From Cyanidioschyzon merolae (Eukaryota), in the NCBI GenBank assembly GCA_000091205.1, contig AP006491.2: a DNA stretch of 64,000 nt, one strand, 5' to 3'. Below are positions 42,806 through 54,977 of this stretch, piece by piece (position 1 is the stretch's first letter; every line of letters begins with the position of its first letter). The position numbers and the translations under genes were made by a program. The notes under the pieces were generated by a model that saw only the letters and a program-made list of their open reading frames with translations, was not told where the DNA came from and made no database searches.

Positions 42806-44308
42806 GCCCCGGGTACCGCGAGTTGCGGATGGATATGCGACTTGCACGAGAAGCCGAAAGATTGATGCGTTTCTGGTGCGCTCCGAGGAGGTTGAATGGA
42901 GGTTCGCGACGCGTTTGACACGGGTCTCGTGGCGCCGCGGATCGTTCTGCAACAACCGGCCGCATGCTCGCTTCGACGCCGTCTGGTACGGTTTCGCAGG
43001 CTTTGGTATCGCATTTCTCGGAAGCAGCGCAAGCGGCATCGGATGCGTGGAAAGAAAGTGAGACACGGGTTGGTTACAGAGCCGTCCCCGGATTCCGGCA
43101 TGCGTTACTCGCGCTTCGTACGCACTGCAAAGCGTACGCGTTCACGTTATCCAGTCGCGCAGCATGCGCATCGCGTCGGTTGCGTCGACTGAGGCGAACC
43201 CCGTGTCGAGCGCATTCCCAGGTGAGTCGGGGTCCCTGGTACGGTTGCAGTCACGCGACGCCTGCGCCCTCGACGATGCGTGCCCGGCGGTGCATGCTCA
43301 GCTTATCAAGCAGCCGCTATGAATACCGCCGCAGCCGCCGCCACGGAAATGCACCATGTGCGTCATCTGGGTTGCACCCGGCACGAGGCTGACATTCGAA
43401 TACTTTTTAAGGAAAGCCCCCGGTGCCGAGGTACACGCGTGCTGCCGCCTGGCATGGACAAACCGTACCCGTTGCCAAATATGCAGAATGCACCTTGCCA
43501 TCCTTACCAAGATACATTGAGATCCTGCACGCGCTCAGGTCGAGGACGCATGCGTGTCATTCACTGCAAACAAGATACTTGCATCTTTCCAGATGCTTCC
43601 GAATGCGTATATGCTGCATACGCTCAGGAGAATGGCAATACCGGGTCCTATACAAACGCTGGGTCTTTACACGAGCTCCATCGCAGAGACGCCCCGCATG
43701 AAATACAGACTAGATCAACCTTGTCACTCGTTGGACGCCGAGCCTACCTACCGCACTACCCCTACAGAGAGCATACGGCTTTGCCAGACTCCAACGGGCA
43801 CCTGTGCGGCGACGACACCAGCATGTCCATGCGGCTGCACGCATTCCATATGCATGCGTGCGCCTCGTGACTGCAGCGTGAAAGGCCGCGCTTGGAGAAC
43901 GCATATAAAAAGCGCTTTGGAACTGTTTGTGACGCTCTTTACGAACTGCGTATGCGTCACTGATGATCGCTGTAGGCGCCGCGAGATTTGTCGACTCGGG
44001 CAGAGCGTCTGGCTTCGCAAACGAGCGCCTTGAACCTGACGCCATCGACGTATAGGCAGCTCGTGGCGAAGATTTCTGGCGCGAGGGTGCATACCATGCA
44101 CGATCCAGGCCGTTTTTCTGTTGCTTACTCGGTGCCATGTTGCTTGCCTGTGTCTCGTTTTGGATCAGGTTCACAGGCGCGATCATGCGCTGGTCACTGT
44201 GGACGCGCGTGGTCGTCCACCGTGCCTTGTTGAGCGTGCTTCGCAACGGTGCGTGTCCATGAGGCAGCCCTGCCGCTGCCCGAGTGTTGAATAAATACCT
44301 CCAGAGCA

Positions 44309-46633
44309 TTACTCCATGGGTCCAGGTCGGGGCAAGCGGGCGGCAAGCAGCAGGCGCCGCAGCAACGTGCGCTCTGTCGACCGGGCCGTAGACTGCCCTG
44401 CTGCGCATGCGCCCGTCTCATCTGGGCTAGCGTGGGAGCGCTCTGTTGACAAGGCATCGTCGCTGCTGTGGCCCCTGATCGGCCAGAAGCGTGTGCGAAA
44501 CCTGGAACTAGCCGCACACATCGTGCTGGGCGCCACCTGTTGTTCTCGTTCTTGCTGCTGCTGCTGCTGCTGCTCCGCTGCTGTGCCGGGTGCGGCAGCC
44601 TCGAGGTCCGCCAAGCCCGACCGAGTCACATCTGTCATTTGAATGCAGTATGCGGAACGACTCCGACGAATGGACAAGGCGTCGTCGTAGCCTTCGTCAA
44701 TTTCATCGTCGGCTTCGTCTTCAGGATCACTATAGTGGCTGCTTGCGCCGATTTCGGCTCGCCTTGGGGCATCAGGACCCGAAATAACCAGATCACCGGC
44801 ACCCTGCACCACTGGATCTCCATACGAGGATCCACTCGGCGGGATTGCAGAGGCTGCCAACGAATCGTAACTCGTCGAGGCCGATGACGGTAGCGGAGCT
44901 GTTCGACCTGCGATAGCCGACGACGACCCGTTTCCCGTGTCATCGGTTCCGTCGAGCGACATCCGCTGATTGTCCAACAACGATACGCCGGGCTGCGAAT
45001 GCAGCGACGCGGTCGAATCCCTGCGATCTTGCGCTGCTGTGGGCAGCAACGAAGGGCCGTCGGTGCCGTCGGCCGATGCCGCCCGCGCAGCACTGCCCGG
45101 GGCATCCGTCGACTTTTTAGGCCTTCGCGGTACGGTTTCGCTGGTGTCTTTGCGACGACCGCGCAGCGCTAGCTTTTTCAGGTCAACCTCCCGAATGGAG
45201 ATGTAGCCCGCGCCGCGCAGCCGCGATAACGGCATTCGCATACCCAGCACCGCGCGACTACTCAACGTGTCGGGAGCGCCGTGCGCACCGTAGCTGCTCG
45301 AGAGCAGCATCGAGGTCGTCGCCGAGCGCGCTAGGTCGATTGAGCGACGCGGAAGGGTTATGTCACTGGTTGCGATTGGCGCTGGGGCACCGCCGCCTGC
45401 TCTGGTGGCGACCGCCTCCGCAGGTCGAGCTGCAGACGCTTCGCAGCTCCGGGAGGTGCCATACCCGGCCACAGTACCGCTGCTGGCGGACAGGAAGCGC
45501 TCGGCATGTGCACGTGTGACGGGCTGTTTGCTCTGCATATCATAGTAAACATCGGATTCGTCCACAATCTCCTGCTTCAGCAAATCTTCAATGATATCTT
45601 CCAAGGTGACGATGCCTAAAAAGTGGCGCTCCTTGGGTCGCTTACTCTGTGGGCGCTCATAAACAATAGCCATATGACTGTGCCCGCGCTGAAACTCTGC
45701 CAGCAGCACCTCCAGGCTGGTGCTTCTCGAGACCTCCAACGGTGCCGTAGCGATCACACAGCGATCCGCGTAGCGCAACATGATATCGCGCACGGTAAGG
45801 CGCTCGCTCGGCGAGTACGCAATAAGACCTTTCACCAGCAGGTAAGCAACGATATTATCGCGGGCACCGTCGTAGAGCGGCACCCGAGAATGCCCCTTGT
45901 GGACCAATTCGAGGGCAAGCCTACTGTCCAGCACCTGATCCAGGGAGAGCATGTACACATCATCAGCAGCAGTCATGACGTCCCCTGCGGTACGTTCGCG
46001 CAGCATCAGGGTCGCCTGCAACATTGCCGACTCCTCGCGGCCGAGGTCGCCGACGTGGTGTTCATCCATGAACTGGAGAAGCGAGCTCAACTCGTTCCGG
46101 TTCATTGCTCGCACGCCTAGCACACTCTTGCCCACGGTCTTGTCGAGAATCCAGGCCAGCGGGAAGGTTATCGGGTAAAAGACAACCAGCACGATACGCA
46201 TGACTCGGGCACAAGCGGCTGCTAGGCGCAAACCATACGCTGGTTGCAGCGCGTACACAACAGGGAGCATGTTGCCGAAGACAAACACCAGCGCGGTCGA
46301 CAGGACCAGCGACATGCCCGTACCGCCCGATAGCAGCGCATCTGCGAGCAGGGCGGTAAGCTCCTGGGCACCCGTACTGATCAGGACGAGCGTCACGAGC
46401 AACAAGTTTCCGCGCCTCCGCAGTGGAAGCAGCGTCAGTGCTTGCTGTTGGTATGCACTCCGCGTGTCCTTGCTTAGCGCTTCCAAATAAACCACATCGA
46501 TAGAGAACAGGGCCTGTGCCAGCGCCGCTGTCACTGCACACAACGCCACCGTTATGAGTAACGCTCCAACGAGTACTGGAAAGCGCACGCGCTCCAGGGA
46601 AGGAACTCCGGCTGCTGGTGCTCGGCCAGACAT
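44309..46633 (-). CDS. CNNM / Mam3-type putative metal (Mg2+) transporter: DUF21 transmembrane domain plus a CBS pair and a long disordered C-terminus. The ORF is open to 46972; Met at 46633 is proposed.
   Basis: DUF21 helices 'FPVLVGALLITVALCAVTAALAQALFSIDVVYLEAL', 'LLLVTLVLISTGAQELTALLADALL', 'LSTALVFVFGNMLPVVYALQPAYGLRLAAACARVMRIVLVVFYPITFPLAWILDKTVG'; linker 'AMNRNELSSLLQFMDE'; CBS 'TAGDVMTAADDVYMLSLDQVLDSRLALELVHKGHSRVPLYD...HMAIVYE...LGIVTLEDIIEDLLKQEIVDESD'. The 5' 340 nt of the long ORF translate a (CA)n/(CACG)n microsatellite ('CVCVCVRACGRACG'), so they are probably upstream non-coding. Confidence 0.8.
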   Translation of the reverse strand: MSGRAPAAGVPSLERVRFPVLVGALLITVALCAVTAALAQALFSIDVVYLEALSKDTRSAYQQQALTLLPLRRRGNLLLVTLVLISTGAQELTALLADALLSGGTGMSLVLSTALVFVFGNMLPVVYALQPAYGLRLAAACARVMRIVLVVFYPITFPLAWILDKTVGKSVLGVRAMNRNELSSLLQFMDEHHVGDLGREESAMLQATLMLRERTAGDVMTAADDVYMLSLDQVLDSRLALELVHKGHSRVPLYDGARDNIVAYLLVKGLIAYSPSERLTVRDIMLRYADRCVIATAPLEVSRSTSLEVLLAEFQRGHSHMAIVYERPQSKRPKERHFLGIVTLEDIIEDLLKQEIVDESDVYYDMQSKQPVTRAHAERFLSASSGTVAGYGTSRSCEASAARPAEAVATRAGGGAPAPIATSDITLPRRSIDLARSATTSMLLSSSYGAHGAPDTLSSRAVLGMRMPLSRLRGAGYISIREVDLKKLALRGRRKDTSETVPRRPKKSTDAPGSAARAASADGTDGPSLLPTAAQDRRDSTASLHSQPGVSLLDNQRMSLDGTDDTGNGSSSAIAGRTAPLPSSASTSYDSLAASAIPPSGSSYGDPVVQGAGDLVISGPDAPRRAEIGASSHYSDPEDEADDEIDEGYDDALSIRRSRSAYCIQMTDVTRSGLADLEAAAPGTAAEQQQQQQQEREQQVAPSTMCAASSRFRTRFWPIRGHSSDDALSTERSHASPDETGACAAGQSTARSTERTLLRRLLLAARLPRPGPME

Positions 46634-46858
46634 GACCTCGATCACCAGCAGCCAATCAGGGCTGGAGTTCCCCGACGTACCCCAGTAGCTCGATAGTGTA
46701 CGCGGTACGGAACCTGTTCGGTAACCGCTCAAGACGCCCGCCTGCACCCAGAGGTCCAGGTCGCTGGACGCGTTTACCAGCCAGCACAGCGCCGCGTTCC
46801 GGAGCGTTCGCTCTACGGCCTCCCCGTGTGACTCGAGTTCGGTTTGACGTCCACACGC

Positions 46859-46895
46859 CCGCCCGCACGCACGCACACACACACACACACAAACA
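46859..46895. repeat. Microsatellite (CCCG/CACG)n(CA)n upstream of the CNNM gene.
   Basis: 'cccgcccgcacgcacgcacacacacacacacacaaaca'. Confidence 0.9.
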
Positions 46896-49004
46896 GCCAA
46901 GGAAATACGGTACCGGTCGTGGTAGTCGAACAAGGCTGCTGTCGGGGTCGTGCGGGCAGCGCCCCAGCGCACATAGTGCTACCGTTGCGACGCGCCCGCC
47001 TCTACATCCACGGTCGGTGAACATCAAGTGGTGGACTGCTCGCTATTTGCCTGATTTTCGACTTCTATTCCCGGAGTTTCTTCTGGGGTGTACAGGCTCG
47101 ACATTGAAATCCTAGTAAGAAATGCTTACGGATCCATGTATCATAGTATGCGTCTCAGTCACGTCTTTGGAGTGATTTGTTCGACGCTTTGCCGCTGGAA
47201 CTCGGTACGTTCACAGAATCACGATGCCTCACGTCGCCGTCGAACAGGCTTTCGTCGAATAACCGGTATCACGATCAGATTCGCACGTACGGGTTACACG
47301 CTTCTCCTTTGTGCATGTGCGGCATGCTAGAATCATGCACGTTTCAAGCTTTATGCTTGATGGCGCAAGGGCGCAGGAAATCCCACCGCTAGCGTGACGG
47401 CTATGAAAGTCATCGTCGTCTGCTGGCGACATGTTCACCAGCTCAAGCCGAATAATCGCTGAACTTGTCTCATCGGATAATCAATTTCGTTCGAAAGACA
47501 TATCGTTCTCTCTTTGTGGCTTTCTAGGAGACGCCATGCAACTGCGGCACGACACTTGTCGCTGGGTATGCGGCCAGAGGCTCTGGTCTCCTATTGTTTT
47601 GCATGGACATGGGTCCTGTAATTGGACTTTATTCATCGCAGCAATCGTTTCTAGTACAGGCTGCGTCACCGCTTTGTATGAAAGGGGCGTAGACGGATCG
47701 AAACCTTTCGAGTTGGTGTCCAGTCCGGAGTTTCCATCCAGTCCTTTTTCATCACGGATAACATTGCATGCAAAAAATCATTGATCAAATGGAGCAGCGT
47801 GCGCTTGTGCGTGCAGTGGGCAACGTATTCGCCGAGGATTGATACCGCCCAGGAGAAACCCGTGCTCATAGGCCACGGCACCTGATGTCGAAATGGAGAA
47901 GGGAATCGAGTGCATCCTTCCGCACCCAGCAAGGCTATGCATCGAGCATGCACATGTCGCCGAGCGGCGCTCAGAGAAGGACGCGGACGAGATGGTAGTG
48001 GTGTTGGTGATGCTGGTAGTACTGCGAAGGACACTTGGAAAGCCCTAACCACAGTCAAAGGTCATCGCTGCGAGCAGCACACCGGGGCTGTATCCCAAGA
48101 ACATGAGAATTACAAGCGAAGTATAGACCGTAACTACCCTCTGTACATGAAATGCGTAGAAAACTGCTGGGAGCAACGTAACAGGGACTCGAACTGTACC
48201 ATGAACATCCCTCGACTGCTGACAATGCAGCTGAAGGGAAGGATAGACCGGCTTACGTAAAGCCGCCGATGCGGGAGAGGAAACGGGAACAGTCGCAGAA
48301 AAAGCGCGCCAAAGCTTGTGTCGAACAAAATGGGAAGACATTCATGATTTAGGCTATACGCCGGCCTTAGCTTGGCAGACCTGCTCCATGCTATGCTGAG
48401 ACGGGTATGGGCGGCAGACAGACACGCGGATGCGCAAAGCTATGCACCACACACATTCATGGGGTAAACATGCGCATGCTGAATCCGTGATATGTATGGT
48501 TGCAGGCTGATTTTGCTGATGCTGCAGCGACGACACATTTGTGTATAAAACTGTACAGTTTATCCCATAACATACCCTAGGATACCACAGCGCAGTGCGA
48601 TGACGCCTCCTGAATCGCGACCCCATCCGGTAACTACGATAGACTACGCCACACGCTCCGTTTCAGAACGGCGAGTGCCACCACTGCCTACACCCGACTT
48701 TGCCCTGGGCGACGACGACGACGACGACGACTACCCGGTGTCGTTTCATCACCTGCGCTCAGCGAGTTGCCCTGCCGCTCCTTGAATGCACCACCAAAGA
48801 CCGAGCCTGGCGGAGCAGCGAAGCCAAAGCGCTAAGCTCTAGCTCCTGGAGAGGTTCGCGGCGCGCCTGGAGAAAGCGCCTGCAGTGTGGCCAAGGACTC
48901 ACACTGGTCTCCAGAATAGCTTCGGTGCGGCACGCTCGTTACATTGGTGGCACGTTTCCGCGAACTGTGACGGGTAACGAAGCTTTTGAATCGAACGTTG
49001 GTCT

Positions 49005-52000
49005 ATGGGTACCCAGACTCTAGTGCCGGACGAGAAAAGCACGAATGCTACCATAACGTGCGTTCTGCGAGCCACGAACCGCTTTCGAGACTGCTTTGTT
49101 GCAGTGCCGTCGGCGCTGGCAGCGTTCCTTGAAAAGTCTCTGCCTCCTACCGGCAGTTCGACAACCAGCGCGGTGGCAGAGGCGCAACTCGCACGCACTC
49201 TCCAAGAACATGTCGTGCCGTTGCTTCTCAACAACCAGCTGTTGGTCGGCTGGCATCGTGGTCGTCTCTCTCGTACCATAGCTACACGGCTGCGTCCAGA
49301 GGTGGAGATCGCGTCGGAGCTTGCAGCATGCAACGGTCTGCTGGTGCGCGATGCCGCACCTGCCGTGTCGTCGACTGCGCAAACGACTACAGCAGCAGCA
49401 GCAGCAGCAGCAGCAGCGCCCGTGCACCGTAGAGCCTCTGCGGCGGCCAGACCGGACCTGCCAACAGCGTCACCGCCGCCCGGCGACAGCCGAACAAAGC
49501 CGGGGAACAGAGCATCCGCAGATGCCAGTCTGGAAACGGTGACTGTTCAAGTTTCCGTCGTACCCCGAAACGAACTGGAGATAGCGGAGCGTGTTATTCT
49601 CGAAGCGCTGGACGAAGAGAATTGGCAACGGCTGCACCAGCACCGAGAATGGATTGAGCGAGAGCTCCTGCGCCAACTCCGACTTGTACAATGGGATCAA
49701 TGCATCCCTATCTATCTAGTGGATCAGCCACAGCCTGTGCTTGTTACGGTGCGCCAAGTTCGCATCACCGAGACGGTCGCACTGAAGCAGCATTTGCTGG
49801 GCGCTGCCGGCACTCACAACTCGCTCGTGCAGGGATCCGTTCGTGGCTATTGGCTGAGTTTGGGCACTGAATTGGTTTTCGTTCCACCGGGCTGGGCTGC
49901 AGGCTCCGCGACTGACGACGACGGGAATGCGTCGCCGAACGCTGTCTCACACAACATGAAACCAGAGCTTCGGGTCCGCGTAGTACCAGCAGTTGGTGAA
50001 GTCGACGGTCCAGAGTGCCTGGGTGCAACGGGAACCGTCCACCCGGAGACGCTTATAGCCCTGGGCATGCCACGCAAGCAGTTGCTGGATACCAGTAGTA
50101 ACAGCAGCAGCAGCACCAAGACACCTGCAGCGTCGCTGGTGCTCGTGTGGGAGCCAGCGGATGCCGCTACAGATGCTCCGGGGTCAGTGGTGTTGTCTGT
50201 AACCGTCGATTCGAGCGTACCGCCCTTTCACGTTCGAACTGCATACGCACCGCCGTTCTGCTGGGCGCGGGCGCACGACCTCTGCGTTGGAACTGGCCGG
50301 GACTCCTCGGCTGCGTCCTCGATTCGACGCTACGACTGGGGCCAACTGCCTGTTGTGTACGGCAACCAGAGCGGCAAGCAACTGGTGGAATACCTTGTGG
50401 AAGCTTTGGAGCCAGTTTTTGCCGCATATCAAAGCACGCCGCCGGTTCGGTTTTCGCGCTTACAGGGACGCGTTGTGCTCCTCGGCGGTGCCGCTGGCTC
50501 CGGTAAGTCGCATGTCGCCTGGGCAATCGCCATGCATTGTAGCTTGCGCTGTCGTCTGCAACCACGGCCCGTGTACATCCCATGTCGCTCTATCTTCCAG
50601 TCTGGGGCGAGCTACCACAGCGAAGGGATCCGCCAGCTACTCGATGACCTAGTCGGAGGCATGGCTGGTCGACCCGCCGTTCTTGTACTGGACGATTTGG
50701 ATGCGCTTTTGGCTGACGAGACCGGTATCGCCAGCGCTGGAATAACGAACGCTTCCAGTGGACGGGCGCTGGGCTTGCCGAACCTCATGGAGCAGATTGC
50801 TGCCGTCCTGGAACGTTGCACACAGCTCGCCAACGTAGCCATCATCGTTACCGTGACGATGGAACGCGTAGGCACCGCTGCGGGACCGCTGCTCCCCGGC
50901 GGCATAAGCGGTGACGTGCTGGACACGCGACATGAACTTCCCTTGCCCAGCACTGAACAGGAGAAAAGTGCTTTTGCAGGTCGAGTACACGAGAGTGAAA
51001 TTGCCGATCTGCACACCCCGGCAGACTTGCTTAAAGTCGCGCTGCTTCGGAGCATCTTCAAAGATGAAGCAGAGGCGGTATCTGCAACCGGTGCCCTGCA
51101 GCCGCTGCTGGGCAACGCGCTGGTGACCCCGACGGATGTTGCCGGAACTGACCAACCGGTACTCGCGGATCTGGGCGGGCTCGAGAAAGCGAAAACCGTT
51201 CTCGTGGACACTTTCGTGCTACCACTACGCTTTCCAGTCATCTATCGCCAGGCACCGATTCGCTTACCAGCCGGTGTACTGCTCTACGGGATGCCGGGCA
51301 CGGGAAAGACGGCATTAGTGCAAGCCGCCGTTGCCGAAGCGGGCCTCCGGCTTGTGCACATCAAGGGTCCTGAGCTCCTGAACAAGTACGTGGGTGCCAG
51401 CGAAGCCTCCGTGCGAGCGCTCTTCTCCAAGGCACGACAGCAACGGCCTTGTGTGATCTTTTTCGATGAATTCGAAAGCCTTGCCCCGAAGCGAGGCGGG
51501 ACCGGTGAGCGCAGTACCGGCGTCACTGACCGCATCGTGAACGCTTTATTAACGGAAATGGATGGCGTTGAATCTCTGGACACTGGCGTGTTTGTGGTCG
51601 CAGCGACATGTCGCCCGGATCTGGTGGATCCTGCGCTGTTGCGGCCCGGACGTATTGATCAGTGGATTCGACTGGACCCGCCAGCGCACATGTCAGAGCG
51701 TCAAGCGATCCTCCAGCGGTGTACCCGGGACTGGTTCATCATCGATAGGCGCACTGGACAGCCACTTGATGACGCTCAGCGGGAAAAGCTGCTTGCGATG
51801 CTCGCGGAGCAAACATCTGGATCAACGGGAGCCGATCTGGCTGCGCTGTGCTCCTCGACGCTGATCTGCGCTGAGAAGCGCATGGCGGCAGAGGCAGCAT
51901 CGGGAACTGTGCTCGCTGCAGCAACGACTGCGAGCACACTGCACGTGACTGAACAACTTGTGGTGCTACCTGAGGACTTTACTGCAGCACTCAGTACGCA

Positions 52001-52121
52001 CCGCGTTTCGCTGCCTGCGTCGGAGCGTCAACTGTACCTCTGGGCTATGGCGCAGTTTGAGGGCAAGCGCGCCACCGACCAAGCCATGGACCATGGATCG
52101 AGACGCGTGATGTTGCAATAG
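49005..52121 (+). CDS. PEX1: Peroxisome biogenesis AAA-ATPase PEX1 (N-terminal double-psi barrel, degenerate D1, canonical D2).
   Basis: The N-terminus 'TITCVLRATNRFRDCFVAVPSALAAFL' parallels the PEX1 N-terminus 'VTVAFTNARDCFLHLP'. D1 has a degenerate Walker A, 'VVLLGGAAGSGKSHVAWAIA'. D2 has 'VLLYGMPGTGKTALVQAAVAEAGLRLVHIKGPELLNKYVGASEASVRALFSKARQQRPCVIFFDEFESLAPKRGG', then sensor/Arg-finger 'VFVVAATCRPDLVDPALLRPGRIDQWIRLDPP'. A poly-Ala tract is encoded by (GCA)n at 49388-49420. 1038 aa, uninterrupted. Confidence 0.85.
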   Translation: MGTQTLVPDEKSTNATITCVLRATNRFRDCFVAVPSALAAFLEKSLPPTGSSTTSAVAEAQLARTLQEHVVPLLLNNQLLVGWHRGRLSRTIATRLRPEVEIASELAACNGLLVRDAAPAVSSTAQTTTAAAAAAAAAPVHRRASAAARPDLPTASPPPGDSRTKPGNRASADASLETVTVQVSVVPRNELEIAERVILEALDEENWQRLHQHREWIERELLRQLRLVQWDQCIPIYLVDQPQPVLVTVRQVRITETVALKQHLLGAAGTHNSLVQGSVRGYWLSLGTELVFVPPGWAAGSATDDDGNASPNAVSHNMKPELRVRVVPAVGEVDGPECLGATGTVHPETLIALGMPRKQLLDTSSNSSSSTKTPAASLVLVWEPADAATDAPGSVVLSVTVDSSVPPFHVRTAYAPPFCWARAHDLCVGTGRDSSAASSIRRYDWGQLPVVYGNQSGKQLVEYLVEALEPVFAAYQSTPPVRFSRLQGRVVLLGGAAGSGKSHVAWAIAMHCSLRCRLQPRPVYIPCRSIFQSGASYHSEGIRQLLDDLVGGMAGRPAVLVLDDLDALLADETGIASAGITNASSGRALGLPNLMEQIAAVLERCTQLANVAIIVTVTMERVGTAAGPLLPGGISGDVLDTRHELPLPSTEQEKSAFAGRVHESEIADLHTPADLLKVALLRSIFKDEAEAVSATGALQPLLGNALVTPTDVAGTDQPVLADLGGLEKAKTVLVDTFVLPLRFPVIYRQAPIRLPAGVLLYGMPGTGKTALVQAAVAEAGLRLVHIKGPELLNKYVGASEASVRALFSKARQQRPCVIFFDEFESLAPKRGGTGERSTGVTDRIVNALLTEMDGVESLDTGVFVVAATCRPDLVDPALLRPGRIDQWIRLDPPAHMSERQAILQRCTRDWFIIDRRTGQPLDDAQREKLLAMLAEQTSGSTGADLAALCSSTLICAEKRMAAEAASGTVLAAATTASTLHVTEQLVVLPEDFTAALSTHRVSLPASERQLYLWAMAQFEGKRATDQAMDHGSRRVMLQ

Positions 52122-52143
52122 GGAGGATGCACAGAAGGAAGGG

Positions 52144-52188
<45 letters not shown>

Positions 52189-52198
52189 GATGCTGCAG
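52144..52198. repeat. Microsatellite (GCTT)~13, 23 bp after the PEX1 stop codon.
   Basis: 'ttgcttgcttgcttgcttgcttgcttgcttgcttgcttgctga'. Confidence 0.95.
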
Positions 52199-53009
52199 GC
52201 ACTCGAAAGCGAGGATGCGAGACCAGCGCACGTCCACTCTGGCTGTTCCGTTAGACCGCACTGGTACCGCGTACAGCGATGCACAGCCGGGTCACTGCTG
52301 CGTCGTCTCGTGTGCCCATACCATTCAGTTCGTCGCTGTGGTTATGAGGTTGACGTCCCGTTTCTGGGCTCTGAGCGCCGCGCTGTCAAGTAGGATGCGA
52401 CATCTGGAGCGCGCTCCGGGGTTATCTTTTACTGGGCCTCGCATGATTTTGGCGACCAATTTCCATCATCATGCAGAATCGATATCTGGTGGCTGGGGGA
52501 AACGATAACGCGAGCACTGCATCTCGCTTCGGATCTCATAAACGACATCGAAGCGGACGATACTGCACTCGTGTACGCGCGTGTATGTATCATAATGGCA
52601 GTAACCCACTGTATAACGATATCCGCAGCGCGCAGCACGACCGTCTAACGACCAGCGCGGCGCTTTGGAACGCACTCTACGAGAACGACGTCAAGTGACA
52701 GGTCCCGCCGGCCTGGTACAGGATACTTTGTGCAGCTGGTACACGCTCCAAGGCCAGATCAGTCTGCTTGGAACGAAGCCTCACCGATGGTCTGCATGCG
52801 CTGAACCAGTGAGCCTGTACCGACCTGGAGGCATCGAGAAGGTGCTGTATGCGATCGGCATGACCGAGTTAGACCAGGTGCGGGGAACCAGGTACTGCGG
52901 TCCGTGGCTTGCTCCAACGAAAGCACCGAAACCGGGACGATCCTGGGCTCATTCCACGCATCATTGACGAGCAAGGCGAGCTCCTCCTGGAGCCCGCTCC
53001 CGAGCGCCT

Positions 53010-54977
53010 CCCAAACAGATACATGGACACAGCTGGTACCCGAAACGTTCAGACGCCCAGAAGCATCCGGATATCTGCGCGCGGATATTGCCGGGAACCT
53101 CCTGCTTCAACGATACGCACTGCTTCAAGTTTGTAACGATTCCAAATGAATGCTCCTTGTTGACTCCATATGGGACAAACAGATACATGGACACAGCTGG
53201 TACCCGAAACGTTCAGACGCCCAGCAGCATCCGGATATCTGCGCGCGGGTATTGCCGGGAACCTCCTGCTTCAACGATACGCACTGCTTCAAGTTTGTAA
53301 CGATTCCAAATGAATGCTCCTTGTTGACTCCATATGGGACAAACAGATACATGGACACAGCTGGTACCCGAAACGTTCAGAGGCCCAGCAGCATCCGGAT
53401 ATCTGCGCGCGGATATTGCCGGGAACCTCCTGCTTCAACGATACGCACTGCTTCAAGTTTGTAACGATTCCAAATGAATGCTCCTTGTTGACTCCATATG
53501 GGACAAACAGATACATGGACACAGCTGGTACCCGAAACGTTCAGACGCCCAGAAGCATCCGGATATCTGCGCGCGGGTATTGCCGGGAACCTCCTGCTTC
53601 AACGATACGCACTGCTTCAAGTTTGTAACGATTCCAAATGAATGCTCCTTGTTGACTCCATATGGGACAAACAGATACATGGACACAGCTGGTACCCGAA
53701 ACGTTCAGACGCCCAGAAGCATCCGGATATCTGCGCGCGGGTATTGCCGGGAACCTCCTGCTTCAACGATACGCACTGCTTCAAGTTTGTAACGATTCCA
53801 AATGAATGCTCCTTGTTGACTCCATATGGGACAAACAGATACATGGACACAGCTGGTACCCGAAACGTTCAGACGCCCAGCAGCATCCGGATATCTGCGC
53901 GCGGGTATTGCCGGGAACCTCCTGCTTCAACGATACGCACTGCTTCAAGTTTGTAACGATTCCAAATGAATGCTCCTTGTTGACTCCATATGTGACAAAC
54001 AGATACATGGACACAGCTGGTACCCGAAACGTTCAGACGCCCAGAAGCATCCGGATATCTGCGCGCGGGTATTGCCGGGAACCTCCTGCTTCAACGATAC
54101 GCACTGCTTCAAGTTTGTAACGATTCCAAATGAATGCTCCTTGTTGACTCCATATGGGACAAACAGATACATGGACACAGCTGGTACCCGAAACGTTCAG
54201 ACGCCCAGAAGCATCCGGATATCTGCGCGCGGGTATTGCCGGGAACCTCCTGCTTCAACGATACGCACTGCTTCAAGTTTGTAACGATTCCAAATGAATG
54301 CTCCTTGTTGACTCCATATGGGACAAACAGATACATGGACACAGCTGGTACCCGAAACGTTCAGACGCCCAGAAGCATCCGGATATCTGCGCGCGGATAT
54401 TGCCGGGAACCTCCTGCTTCAACGATACGCACTGCTTCAAGTTTGTAACGATTCCAAATGAATGCTCCTTGTTGACTCCATATGGGACAAACAGATACAT
54501 GGACACAGCTGGTACCCGAAACGTTCAGACGCCCAGAAGCATCCGGATATCTGCGCGCGGGTATTGCCGGGAACCTCCTGCTTCAACGATACGCACTGCT
54601 TCAAGTTTGTAACGATTCCAAATGAATGCTCCTTGTTGACTCCATATGGGACAAACAGATACATGGACACAGCTGGTACCCGAAACGTTCAGACGCCCAG
54701 CAGCATCCGGATATCTGCGCGCGGGTATTGCCGGGAACCTCCTGCTTCAACGATACGCACTGCTTCAAGTTTGTAACGATTCCAAATGAATGCTCCTTGT
54801 TGACTCCATATGTGACAAACAGATACATGGACACAGCTGGTACCCGAAACGTTCAGACGCCCAGCAGCATCCGGATATCTGCGCGCGGGTATTGCCGGAA
54901 ACCTCCTGCTTCAACGATACGCACTGCTTCAAGTTTGTAACGATTCCAAATGAATGCTCCTTGTTGACTCCATATGT
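53010..54977. repeat. Satellite array, 164-bp unit x about 12, highly homogeneous (>95%).
   Basis: The ORF track shows identical peptides at exact 164-nt offsets on both strands (53125, 53289 ... 54765 on the - strand; 53150 ... 54790 on the +). Unit: 'acagatacatggacacagctggtacccgaaacgttcagacgcccag[a/c]agcatccggatatctgcgcgcgg[g/a]tattgccgggaacctcctgcttcaacgatacgcactgcttcaagtttgtaacgattccaaatgaatgctccttgttgactccatatg[g/t]gacaaac'. The variant 'gtgacaaac' recurs at 5-unit spacing (about 53990 and 54810). Confidence 0.95.

Noticed and set aside
52985-54977. Possible CRISPR array (regular direct repeats)
   Set aside because: Units are contiguous identical 164-bp, 150-bp or 66-bp repeats with no unique spacers, in a eukaryotic gene context with no cas genes. 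These are satellites, not CRISPR.
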